DNA of 63,990 bases, counting the filler, from Bdellovibrionota bacterium (GTDB taxonomy: Bacteria; Bdellovibrionota; Bdellovibrionia; Bdellovibrionales; JAEYZS01): assembly GCA_963169515.1 (NCBI GenBank). It is 7 parts of 7 records of this genome, joined end to end, with 100 filler letters (N's around TTAATTAATTAA, not from the genome) between each part and the next. Parts side by side here need not be neighbours in the genome. Positions count along the whole stretch, not along the records: positions 19,632 to 25,708 come from CAUJEF010000040.1; positions 25,809 to 31,046 come from CAUJEF010000041.1; 5 more parts are not named here. The stretch is one strand, 5' to 3'. The notes beneath the pieces were generated by a model. The model was not told where the DNA came from and made no database searches. It worked only from the letters and a program-made list of their open reading frames with translations. Position numbers and translations under genes: made by a program. This document shows positions 19,632-29,610 of the stretch, piece after piece; positions within the stretch are counted from its first letter, which is position 1, and every line of letters starts with the position of its first letter.

Positions 19632-19952
19632 AAACCAACCCGACACAGCCCCATAAACAAGGCCCATTAGTAAAGACACGACCGCTGTGTAAACTCCCAC
19701 AGCCATCGATACTCGCGTTCCATATATCACTCGCGATAGAATGTCTCGGCCTAGCGAGTCTGTGCCCAACCAGTTTTGTGTATTAGGAGGCCTCTGAAGC
19801 TTGGTTACATCTTGAGCATCAAATTCATACGGAGAAATCAACGGAGCGATTAATGCTACGACGATCATAAATAAAATGAAATACCCAGACCAAACTGCAG
19901 CCTTATTTTTTTTCAGTCTTTGAATGCTTTTCTGTGTTAAGCTTTTAGACAT
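19632..19952 (-). CDS. oppC: Oligopeptide ABC permease OppC (3'-truncated)
   Basis: KKNKAA, WLGTDSLGRDILSRVIYGTRVS. Confidence 0.9.
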
Positions 19953-21040
19953 CAGGCCAACCGAATCCGTGGATCAGCCACTGAATAAAATACGTCAACG
20001 AGCAAATTGCTTGCGACAAGAACGATTGAGTAAACCATAGCAAGGCCCATTACCAATGGATAATCACGGTTTTGCACACTCATCACAAAGTGTTTTCCCA
20101 TTCCTGGGATAGCAAAAATATGTTCAACGATAAACGCGCCCGTCAGAACATCGGCGATCAAAGGGCCAGAATATGTCAAAACCGGAATTAATGAATTGCG
20201 CAGAACATGCTTAAAAAGCACAACCTGATACCCCAAACCCTTTGCATAGGCCGTACGAATGAAATCATTTTTAATTACATCAAGGGCGCTCGAGCGCGTA
20301 AGACGTGCAATCATCGCCGCTGGTCGCAGGCCCAATGTAATCACTGGCAGAATGTAATATTCGGGTCCTTCCCACAATCCCGGTGGTAGCAACTCCAATT
20401 TAAACGAAAAAAATAAAATCAAGAGCGCCGCAATCAAAAAACTGGGCAGTGTCACCCCGCCCATAGCAAAAAACATGGAAATGGTATCCCATTTCGTGTT
20501 GTGTTTTGACGCCGCAAAAACGCCTAATGGAATCCCAATCAAATAGGCCACAATCAAAGAATAAATTCCCAATTTCAACGAAACTGGGAATGAGTCTTTT
20601 ATGATTCCTGCCACTGGACGGCTGACATACTTGTATGACTCTCCAAGATCGCCAGTCAAAACGCCTTTCATGTGCTTATAGTATTGAGCCCAAAGGGTGT
20701 CGTTCATTCCATATTTTTTTTCTAAATTTGCAATCACTTCCGGGGGAAGTTTTTTATCCGCATCAAACGGCCCCCCTGGAATTGCTCTCAGCAAAATAAA
20801 AACTGTCGTTAAAATAAAAAATAGCGTAAATCCGGCTTCTCCGAGGCGACGAAAAACATAGGGCAATAAATGTTTCTTAACGATAACAAAAAGCAATCCC
20901 GCGCAAACTGTAGCTATTGTTGTCCACATCAAAACTTCAAAGGCCATTGTGTCGGGCCAAAAAAAGCTAAATACCAGTGTCGACATGATCAAAAGCGACA
21001 AGCCGTATTTTATTGCGGATCGAACCTTATCACTGCTCAA
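19952..21040 (-). CDS. oppB: Oligopeptide ABC permease OppB with N-terminal extension
   Basis: PGGPF, GDLGESY, FIRTAYAKGL, KHVLRNSLIP and IFAIPGMG motifs. Confidence 0.92.
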   Translation of the reverse strand: MSSDKVRSAIKYGLSLLIMSTLVFSFFWPDTMAFEVLMWTTIATVCAGLLFVIVKKHLLPYVFRRLGEAGFTLFFILTTVFILLRAIPGGPFDADKKLPPEVIANLEKKYGMNDTLWAQYYKHMKGVLTGDLGESYKYVSRPVAGIIKDSFPVSLKLGIYSLIVAYLIGIPLGVFAASKHNTKWDTISMFFAMGGVTLPSFLIAALLILFFSFKLELLPPGLWEGPEYYILPVITLGLRPAAMIARLTRSSALDVIKNDFIRTAYAKGLGYQVVLFKHVLRNSLIPVLTYSGPLIADVLTGAFIVEHIFAIPGMGKHFVMSVQNRDYPLVMGLAMVYSIVLVASNLLVDVFYSVADPRIRLA

Positions 21041-22613
21041 GCGTCACCGTTTTGTAAATGCGTTTGTCGATAGGATTAAACTTGTAACCCTTCACTCGCG
21101 AATTGCGCATATACTGCCTGCGACTATAAAACCAAGGCATAATAGGAACTTCATCCTGCAAGATCGCTTGAGCTTGATGGTAGAGAGCTTTTCGTTTGCC
21201 CGTGTCCAATTCTGCCATGGCAGATTCGATCAGCGAATCATACTTTGCATTACTCCATTTACCTCGATTATTTCCCGATTGGGACAACCACAAATTTAAT
21301 AAATTATCTGGGTCCGGATAGTCCGCACCCCACGCCAGACGCCAAACAGCCGGACAATTTTGAGTCAGTCGTGCGATGTAAACCTTCCAATCCTCATTTT
21401 GAATTTCAACCACTAGGCCTAAATTTTTCTTTAACTGGGCCTGGATGTTTTCTGCCGTGCGCTTATTATTTTCATTCGTATTGTAATTTATTGTGAGTTT
21501 TGGAAATTTAGCCAAATCTGAAAACCCCGCCTCTTTCAACAACGCTTTTGATGTTTGCGGGTCGAATGGAACTTTCATCCCCGCCTCATAAGACATCATC
21601 CCTTCGGGAACAAATGTCGAAGCCGCAACATGACCCACGTTGTGCATTTTTACCAATTCTTCGCGATCAACGGCCATATAAATAGCTTTACGAACCTTGG
21701 GATTGTCAAATGGCTTAATATGCACGTTGAAACCATAATACTGAGTGGTCAACTCCGGAGCCGAATAAAATTCTTTGCGATCTCTTAAGCGGGAGATCTC
21801 CGTATACGGAACTTCAGGAATAATATCTAAACGCCCACCTTCGAACAGGCTTAGAGCTGTCGACTGTTCCACAACCATATAACCCAAAACATTTTTTAAC
21901 CATGGCTTGGGGCCATAGTAATTTTCGTTTCTTTCTAAAACCAAGTTTTTGTCATGATCCCAAATTTTCAGCGTGAATGGGCCAAGAGTGACAATATTGC
22001 CTGGATTCGTCCATGCCGTTTTATATTTCTCATATACATCTTTACGAAACGGAAATGTTGATGCGTGTGTCATAAGCATGGGTAAAAAAGCAACCCCGCG
22101 CTCAAGGGTAATTTCCAATTTGTATTTATCCAATATTTTTACCCCCACTTCGCTAAAGTTTTTGATCTTTCCCGCAGTATAGGCTTGAGCATTCTTAATT
22201 GAATGAAGAAAGTAAGCGTATTCTGCTGCTGTTGCAGGATTCAGAAGTCGCTCCCACCCATCCACAAAGTGCTGTGCTTCAAGCTCAACGCCATCCGTCC
22301 ATTTCACACCTTGACGCAGTATAAACGTCCATTTCTTCGCATCTTTAGTTGTCGACCACTCTGCTGCAAGAGCCGGTATCGGCCTCATTTCCGGATCGTC
22401 GAGATCAAACTGAGTAAGCCCTTCCATGATGTTATCCATGACATTTGCCGAAGTTGTATCTGTGGCTTTGTGCCAATCGACGGTCGGAGGCTCGCTCATT
22501 AGATTCACTCGAAGAGTTTCCCCCATTTTAAGACCATACTCCAATTTTTGTTCTTTTTTTGTGCAACCAAATAATAAAAGAAAAGAAATTAGAAAAACAC
22601 TTGCCCTTAACAT
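21030..22613 (-). CDS. oppA: Oligopeptide ABC substrate-binding lipoprotein
   Basis: Lipobox LLFGC; MEGL, WTF.LR...KWTDG, KPFDNPKVRKA and WGADYPDP (SBP family 5). Confidence 0.92.
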   Translation of the reverse strand: MLRASVFLISFLLLFGCTKKEQKLEYGLKMGETLRVNLMSEPPTVDWHKATDTTSANVMDNIMEGLTQFDLDDPEMRPIPALAAEWSTTKDAKKWTFILRQGVKWTDGVELEAQHFVDGWERLLNPATAAEYAYFLHSIKNAQAYTAGKIKNFSEVGVKILDKYKLEITLERGVAFLPMLMTHASTFPFRKDVYEKYKTAWTNPGNIVTLGPFTLKIWDHDKNLVLERNENYYGPKPWLKNVLGYMVVEQSTALSLFEGGRLDIIPEVPYTEISRLRDRKEFYSAPELTTQYYGFNVHIKPFDNPKVRKAIYMAVDREELVKMHNVGHVAASTFVPEGMMSYEAGMKVPFDPQTSKALLKEAGFSDLAKFPKLTINYNTNENNKRTAENIQAQLKKNLGLVVEIQNEDWKVYIARLTQNCPAVWRLAWGADYPDPDNLLNLWLSQSGNNRGKWSNAKYDSLIESAMAELDTGKRKALYHQAQAILQDEVPIMPWFYSRRQYMRNSRVKGYKFNPIDKRIYKTVTLEQ

Positions 22614-22630
22614 ATTCGTCCCCTGGTGAT

Positions 22631-25132
22631 TTACCATCCGGTTATCGGATGATCGGTGCCTGGCACCGTTATATCATCCCAGGTTTCTTTGGCAATTGAT
22701 CCTGCATATTTGACGTGGACTGGTTCGGCTAGCCACTTAAAGTCTTCCTGCTTTAAAGCATCCGGTTGATAGATGCTTTTATAAAGGTAATAATTTTTTA
22801 TAATTTCTTTTGCGTAATTACGGGTTTGTTTAAATGGAATGTGGTCAATAAACTCGTCCATGTCCAGGCTTCCAAACGCTTGCAACCAGCTTCCTACGCG
22901 ATGCGGACCCGCATTATAGGCCGCAGCAACTAACGGCAACCGTCGATCGAACATATCAGATAGACGTTTTAAATACCTAGTGCCAATTCGAATGTTCTTT
23001 TCTGGTTCCAATAAATCTTGCGGGTCAAACGTCTTTTCTTTCAAAATAAGAGCGACCCTTTTTGCAGTATACGGCATGACTTGCATCAGCCCAAGCGCTC
23101 CAACCGGCGATATGGCACGAACCTTATAGTGACTCTCTGTTCTCATCACACTCCAAATTACTTCGCGAGGAACGCTGTAATCCTTTGAAAACTTAGTAAT
23201 CCAATCCACAAAGGCCAGCGGGTATGTTCTCTCCCATAATTTGAGGGCCGTTTTGAAACCACCGCGTTTTCTTTCGTCACTAAAATAAGTTTCTCCAATG
23301 TAACTTGAACGGTGAAATGCCCCGCCCTCCTCATATTCTGACGCAAGCGACTTTAAAAAGCTCTTATTGCGCGTTCTGCGCTCAATCGCGTGAAGTTCTT
23401 GGTTTGCGAGCGCGTTCAAACCCAACATACGAAGCTGTCTTGCCTTGATAAAATTCATATTCAACCGCGGATCTTTCAGATGACTCAATAGATCCTTTTG
23501 AATGTCAGAATCTTCTTCGACCGCAAGTTCGTCGTCTACCTCAGAAACCTCAGCCGCATCCCCCCGCTCCTGAACCTCGACATCACCGGACATGGCTTCT
23601 TCATCCGTTTCCGATTCATCAACTTCATCTGCCGTAATAAGTGGCTCTGTCGCAACATTTTCGCCAACCATTGGGGATGGAGCCAAGCCCTGCGCCAACA
23701 ATAACGGGTTCATAGAACTTCTTGCCGGCACCGGGGATTCAGCCACCGCTCTTTGTGCCACGGGGACAACTGGAATGTCTAGTAGGCGTGCGCGCGCTGC
23801 AATTCCATAATAACTTCCCATTGGATCTTGCGCCAAAGATTCAAATTCAATTCGCGCGGCTTGTGTTTTTCCCGATTTCAAAAGCGCCACAGCTTTCCAA
23901 TAGGCAACCTGATTCAAAGAAAAATAACTTCGTCGTCGAAATTTTTTATGTGCAAGTTTCGTAAAATCTTTGAGCGCGGCTTCGTAATCTCTTTTCAAGT
24001 ATTTCGACCACGCTATCAGGTAAGCCGTCGCATCTCCATACATCCGGTCACCAGGAAACATTTTGATGTAATTTTCAAATTTTTGAATAGCACCATCGTA
24101 ATCCTGCGATTGATAGCTAACAAACGCAGCCTGAAACAAGGCCTCTTTGCCCATTTTCGAACGTGGTTGGATTTTATAGGCTTGCAAATAAAAAGCTGTT
24201 GCTGTTTGTGCCTGACCCAGGCGATGAGCCGCTTTTGCCATCAGCATTAAGTAATTTCTGTCGCCTTTTCGCTGTTCATAGTGCGGTAAAAGAATTTTTA
24301 AAGCTTCCTCTACTTCGCCTTCGTTTGCTAAAAAACTCCCATAGATCATGTCCACATAAAATTTGGTAAGCTCTGTAGTGCGCTTATAAAGTTCAAGTAT
24401 TTCTGTGCGAGCTTTCTCAGAATGTCCTGCGTACTGCAGCTGGCGGACACGATTTTTTTGATCTTTCAACGATGCCACACAGTTTGCATTCTGACCATTC
24501 AGCGTCGCTTTTCTTAAATCCAAAGTCCAATCTTTGACAAGATCGTGCTCCGGGTATTTGTAATATATTTTTCGAATCCAGTTGCACGCTTTATAGTTCC
24601 GTTTTAATCCCATTTCAGAAAGTGACAAGTACCATAATACGTGTGGGTACTGTTCAGTCCGACGCATTTTTCTTTCTAGAGTAGAAAAATGTACCAGAGC
24701 TTGTTTATAATTTTTTTGCTCGTATGCAATTTCACCCAATGCAAACTGGGCATCATATTTTCGAAGTGATGGCGGCTTTTCATAAACTACCTTTTGAAAA
24801 TACTGCTTCGCTTTTTCCAAATCATTTTTGCGGTGATAAACCATACCCAAATTGTATTCGGCATAGTCACGCAGCTCGGTCTTAAGCTCTATACTCTGTG
24901 TAAAAAAAGTGATCGCATCATCGTCGCGCTTTTCTTGAAAAGCACGAATCCCTTCAGCAAACGCAGCCATGGTTCGAGCATCGGACGCAAGTCCGCCGAC
25001 ATTCCCTTTGGACAAAACAGAAATGGCTCGCTTGAGCTGGTCAGGAGCAACGTAGTCTTCCTCCCATAAAACGCTAGCTGCAGCCTGAAAGTTTGCGAGA
25101 AATGCAGCCGTAACAATAAGCGTTAGTTTCAA
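22631..25132 (-). CDS. slt: Slt70-like soluble lytic transglycosylase with TPR repeats
   Basis: MRTES, SPVGALGLMQVMP, NIRIG..YL and AAYNAGP motifs; TPR-like helices; signal peptide. Confidence 0.9.
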   Translation of the reverse strand: MKLTLIVTAAFLANFQAAASVLWEEDYVAPDQLKRAISVLSKGNVGGLASDARTMAAFAEGIRAFQEKRDDDAITFFTQSIELKTELRDYAEYNLGMVYHRKNDLEKAKQYFQKVVYEKPPSLRKYDAQFALGEIAYEQKNYKQALVHFSTLERKMRRTEQYPHVLWYLSLSEMGLKRNYKACNWIRKIYYKYPEHDLVKDWTLDLRKATLNGQNANCVASLKDQKNRVRQLQYAGHSEKARTEILELYKRTTELTKFYVDMIYGSFLANEGEVEEALKILLPHYEQRKGDRNYLMLMAKAAHRLGQAQTATAFYLQAYKIQPRSKMGKEALFQAAFVSYQSQDYDGAIQKFENYIKMFPGDRMYGDATAYLIAWSKYLKRDYEAALKDFTKLAHKKFRRRSYFSLNQVAYWKAVALLKSGKTQAARIEFESLAQDPMGSYYGIAARARLLDIPVVPVAQRAVAESPVPARSSMNPLLLAQGLAPSPMVGENVATEPLITADEVDESETDEEAMSGDVEVQERGDAAEVSEVDDELAVEEDSDIQKDLLSHLKDPRLNMNFIKARQLRMLGLNALANQELHAIERRTRNKSFLKSLASEYEEGGAFHRSSYIGETYFSDERKRGGFKTALKLWERTYPLAFVDWITKFSKDYSVPREVIWSVMRTESHYKVRAISPVGALGLMQVMPYTAKRVALILKEKTFDPQDLLEPEKNIRIGTRYLKRLSDMFDRRLPLVAAAYNAGPHRVGSWLQAFGSLDMDEFIDHIPFKQTRNYAKEIIKNYYLYKSIYQPDALKQEDFKWLAEPVHVKYAGSIAKETWDDITVPGTDHPITGW

Positions 25133-25196
25133 TTTAAATCCCCACGTTTTTACCCATTTATTGAATAAGGTAATTCAAATATGATATCGGAATCTG

Positions 25197-25708
25197 ATGG
25201 CAAAAACGAGATCCATTTTTAGTTGTCAAAATTGCGGTGCCCAGCGCCCAAAATGGGAAGGAAAATGTCCTGAATGTGGCGGGTGGAATACACTCATAGA
25301 AGAGACCTCTTTGACCACCGACAAACGTCGAGGCTGGGATATTTCTAGCGATGCTGAAAATACAGATCGTGTTTGGAATTTGGCAGAAACATTAGAGCTT
25401 CCTGAATCAAAAACCCAAAGAGTTTCAACAAAAAATTTTGAGTTTGATCGCGTTCTGGGTGGGGGTCTAGTGCCCGGGAGCTTCATACTTTTGGGTGGCG
25501 ACCCTGGCGTCGGAAAAAGCACACTTCTTTTACAAATGTGCCGGGGGCTTGGCGAAAGTAATTTAAAAATAATGTACATATCAGGCGAGGAAAGCGTGCA
25601 GCAAACTTCGCTTCGAGCACGAAGACTAAGCGTAATTTCAAAGCAAGTAGAAATTGGCAGCGAAAGCAATCTAGAAATAATTTTAAATTTAGTAAAAAAA
25701 TCGCGCCC
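25197..25708 (+). CDS. radA: DNA repair protein RadA/Sms (3'-truncated)
   Basis: CQNCG...KWEGKCPECGGWNT zinc finger; EFDRVLGGG, GDPGVGKSTL and YISGEES motifs. Confidence 0.97.
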
Positions 25709-25808
25709 NNNNNNNNNNNNNNNNNNNNNNNNNNNNNNNNNNNNNNNNNNNNTTAATTAATTAANNNNNNNNNNNNNNNNNNNNNNNNNNNNNNNNNNNN
25801 NNNNNNNN
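25709..25808. other. Artificial contig linker
   Basis: N44-TTAATTAATTAA-N44. Confidence 0.99.
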
Positions 25809-27733
25809 AACCGCTGACAGGGTCAACAGCAGAAAAACACGATGCCTTCATACATATTCAAAGCTCAAATCACTCTGAGTTGCGAGTGATTGAGCGATTT
25901 ACGGGATCACAATTGATTCAAGGCGAGCCCGACGCATCTAGTTTTCCGAGCGGTGGGATGAGATCGACGTTCGAAGCGCGAGGTTACACGGCATGGGATC
26001 CAACATCGCCGTTATTTATTTTTGAGGGTGAAGGTTCTAGAACGCTTTGTATCCCGACGGTGTTTTTTGGATATCATGGAGAAGCTTTAGATCACAAAAC
26101 ACCGCTGTTACGATCAAATTCGGCGGTTAATGAAAAGGCATGCGAGTTTCTAAAGCTGCTGGGCGATGTCGACGTGAAAACTGTAACGTCAACACTCGGT
26201 GCGGAACAAGAATATTTTTTGATCGACCGTAGGTTTGCAGCCCTTCGCCCAGATATCATAATGACGGGGCGAACCTTATTAGGAGCGCCTCCTCCACGCG
26301 GACAACAGCTGGAAGACCACTACTTTGGATCAATTCCAACGCGTGTTCAAAATTTCATGGAAGAGTCGGAAAAGGAACTTTATCGTTTGGGTATTCCGGT
26401 AAAAACACGTCATAACGAAGTGGCCCCAAGCCAATTTGAGATCGCTCCGATTTTTGAAAACGCATCAATTTCTGCTGATCACAACACGCTTACAATGGAA
26501 ACACTAAAACGCATAGCAAACAAACAAGGACTTTTCTGTTTGCTTCATGAAAAGCCATTTGCCGGGCTGAATGGCAGCGGCAAACATTGCAACTGGTCCA
26601 TGAGCAACGACAAAGGGGAAAATTTATTAGAACCCGGGAAAACTCCGCATCAAAACCTAAGGTTTCTGGCGGTGCTTGCAGTAATTCTAAGGGCGGTAAA
26701 TGATCACGCGGATATGTTGCGCGTTGGTATTGCGTCGCCGGGGAACGATCATCGGTTGGGAGCAAATGAAGCTCCGCCGGCGATCATATCTGTATTCCTT
26801 GGTTCATTATTGAGCGACATTGTTCATAATATCGAAACCGGGAAAAAAATGGGGGAATCTGTAGAGACTAAAATGATCAACCTTGGTGTCAGCACGATCC
26901 CGGATATTTCCCGTGACTATACGGACAGAAACAGAACAAGCCCATTTGCCTTCACAGGAAATAAATTTGAGTTTCGCGCGGTAGGGTCCTCGGCGAATAT
27001 TTCACAACCGGTTTCAATTTTGAACGCTGCCGTAGCAGACAGTTTTGCGAAATCAACGAAGCAGTTATCGGCCATGTTGGCAAAAACTTCGAAGCGTGAT
27101 GAGGCCGTGATGGATTTCGTCAAAGAAGTTTTTGTCGAAACAAAACGTATTCAATTTGAGGGTGACAACTATTCGCAAGAGTGGCGAGATGAGGCAAAAA
27201 AACGCGGACTCCCAATTTTGTCGAATACGGCAGAGGCCATGCAAGTTTATAAGTCGCCAGCGGCTACCCAATTTTTAGTTGAGCAAAAAGTTTTAACTGA
27301 AGCAGAGCTGGTTTCGCGGTTTCATATTTCTTTAGAGCGTTTCATTAAAACATTGCAAATTGAAATAGCAACCCTGGATGAAATCACAACAACTTATGTT
27401 ATCCCGGCAATTGAAAAACAATTGGCCATATCGCAAGCAATTCTTAAAGACGCAACGACGAGCGGGCTAAAGGCGCAATATAAAACACGCGTTACGGACC
27501 TCGAAGAGGTGTTGGGATCGATATTATCAACTCTTGGGGAAGTGCATACCGTTGTAGAAAAAACGAATGCGATTCATGACGAGTTTGAAAAAACCCAAAG
27601 GATTCAATCAGAGATAGTTCCTTTGCGAGACACTTTGCGGAAGGCGTGCGACAAAGCAGAAACGCTGGTGTCTGACGAGCTCTGGCCGTTACCCAAATAT
27701 CGTGAGATGCTATTTACTCATCAAATTTCTTAA
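25809..27733 (+). CDS. Glutamine synthetase type III (5'-truncated)
   Basis: [66 protein letters not shown] and [18 protein letters not shown] motifs. Confidence 0.95.
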
Positions 27734-27737
27734 AAAA

Positions 27738-28325
27738 TTATTTTTGCCTTGCGGTCGACGGTTTTGTCGACTGCAAGCTTTGTTGGCCCTGGGCGTTTTG
27801 TGCGTCGATTAAATTGAACTCACAAAGAACAGTCTTTGCGGACTCTGGATCTGAAACATCAAGGTCTCTAACCATTACAAGAGTATCTGGATCGACGGCA
27901 AGATCTGCCGACGTTTTTCCATTTAATTCGTCTGCATTTTTAAAAGAAAAGTAGAAATTTTTAAATTCAGCCTTTGGATTTAAATCCCGCTGTTCTGGGG
28001 TTAGGAGGGTATCGCGAATAACGACAGTAAGGCCATGATTTGAGAGCGCCTTGGCCTCTTGAGCGATCGGGTAGTCTGCAGAGTCAAATGTACAAAGAAT
28101 CTTTGTAATGGATTGGTTTTCCTTTGGCCGGCTTATTAAATACCGAACAGTTTGGTTGTCTTTTGTCTTTTCAGACCGAATTCCGAGTTGTACCTGTGAT
28201 TTTGAAACTCCGTAGGCATTAAAAACAACGCCATTGAAGAGCTCGCTGTCGGTAAGCTTATCTTCCTTTTTAAATTGGCATCCGACGAGTAAGGTCAACA
28301 CGAGTAATAAAGCCGCTTGTTTCAT
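27738..28325 (-). CDS. Hypothetical lipoprotein
   Basis: Lipobox LVGC; GAGG SD. Confidence 0.75.
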   Translation of the reverse strand: MKQAALLLVLTLLVGCQFKKEDKLTDSELFNGVVFNAYGVSKSQVQLGIRSEKTKDNQTVRYLISRPKENQSITKILCTFDSADYPIAQEAKALSNHGLTVVIRDTLLTPEQRDLNPKAEFKNFYFSFKNADELNGKTSADLAVDPDTLVMVRDLDVSDPESAKTVLCEFNLIDAQNAQGQQSLQSTKPSTARQK

Positions 28326-28349
28326 ATATACCTCAATGTGCAGTTATTA

Positions 28350-28365
28350 TTCAAACATCGTGCCC
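28350..28365 (-). promoter_or_regulatory. Putative sigma54 promoter (GA variant at -12)
   Basis: Minus strand GGGCACGATGTTTGAA (GG-N10-GA). Confidence 0.45.
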
Positions 28366-28436
28366 ATTATTAGACACACTCTCTTTGCTTAGCAGAGATT
28401 GAATTGTTTAAGGTTTTGACAGTGGCCGAATTGTGC

Positions 28437-29330
28437 TCAATTGAGTTCGCAATGAACCTGCATTCGAAAGTCCGTATCCGAACTTTTGCAGTCCAAAGTC
28501 ACAGAGAGGTCTGTCTTCTGTCGCAAGATTCGGCCGGAACAAACGCTTTGCGTGCGGTCCCTCTCGATATGCAGTTTTTTTATGGGCTCGGCAAATTGAA
28601 AATATGCTCTTTTGTTTAAAAACTCGTAACGTCGCGAGAGGGTAAATGATCCAGTTCCAGAGAGATCAGAGATATCGACTTCTTTCAGGCGAACAATGGC
28701 GCTCCTGTGAAAATTCGGATCAAAATAAACGCTGTCACCAGAATTTGACCCGAACTCGTAAGCTGCAATTTGCAGAGTATCCTGATTCGGAAAGTAATTA
28801 CACGTGATGGTGGGACTATCGGAGCTACGGAAGTAGCCCTGGTAGTTCCAACCGCCAGAAATGACCTCTTCCAAGGTTTGGGTTTGAAAGGAAAAATCAA
28901 CGGTTTGTTTAATGTTGGGTGGGGATATTTGATTTATACGTTGAATTCGAGAGTACACGAAAATTTTGCGTGTCCGAAGTTTTTCAAGAATGACAAGCAT
29001 GGAATCGGTTAACTCGAGGATATCGTATGTAACGACGACACGACCTTCACTATTCAATTCTGTAACTCTTTGGCCATCAATTTCTAAGACATTTTTGTAT
29101 TTAAACATGAACCCGCGATCATCAAATGAATACTTTGTAACATTGTCACCATCATAATGAACTTGAAATGTAACTTTTCCGTATAGAGTCTCACGGGGAA
29201 GAAGGTCGGGTCCCGAAGGACTGTTTCGGGTCGCTTTCAGCTCCCAAAACCCGTCAAGCCCGCTTGCGCCGCTCGCATTTTCTATAAGCATTATCGCAGA
29301 AAAAATTGCAGTCCATCGTCTGCAACACAT
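28437..29330 (-). CDS. Exported hypothetical protein, N-terminal lipocalin-like beta domain
   Basis: Signal-like N-terminus, then L.G.W.L and Y.I.ELTD..LV patterns. Confidence 0.6.
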   Translation of the reverse strand: MCCRRWTAIFSAIMLIENASGASGLDGFWELKATRNSPSGPDLLPRETLYGKVTFQVHYDGDNVTKYSFDDRGFMFKYKNVLEIDGQRVTELNSEGRVVVTYDILELTDSMLVILEKLRTRKIFVYSRIQRINQISPPNIKQTVDFSFQTQTLEEVISGGWNYQGYFRSSDSPTITCNYFPNQDTLQIAAYEFGSNSGDSVYFDPNFHRSAIVRLKEVDISDLSGTGSFTLSRRYEFLNKRAYFQFAEPIKKLHIERDRTQSVCSGRILRQKTDLSVTLDCKSSDTDFRMQVHCELN

Positions 29331-29382
29331 TCCAAACCTTCCTATATAGTAGTTTCACCATTAACTTAGTGTGATCCAAAAA

Positions 29383-29398
29383 TGCAATTCAAGTGCCT
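29383..29398 (-). promoter_or_regulatory. Putative sigma54 promoter
   Basis: Minus strand AGGCACTTGAATTGCA (GG-N10-GC). Confidence 0.65.
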
Positions 29399-29610
29399 GC
29401 GAGTCGGGGGCATTATTCCCTACAATGCGCAGGTGATAAAACTGCACCAGATTGTGGTGCGCTTTGACCACATCACAGCAACGATATCAATTTGCACCGG
29501 TGCCAGCTCCCTCTGCTGGTCCTATTTTGCTTTTAAATAAAAAATAAACGGTCTTTAAATTGCTTGATTGAATTTCATGATAAATTAATAAGCTACTTTT
29601 TAGGGGGAAT

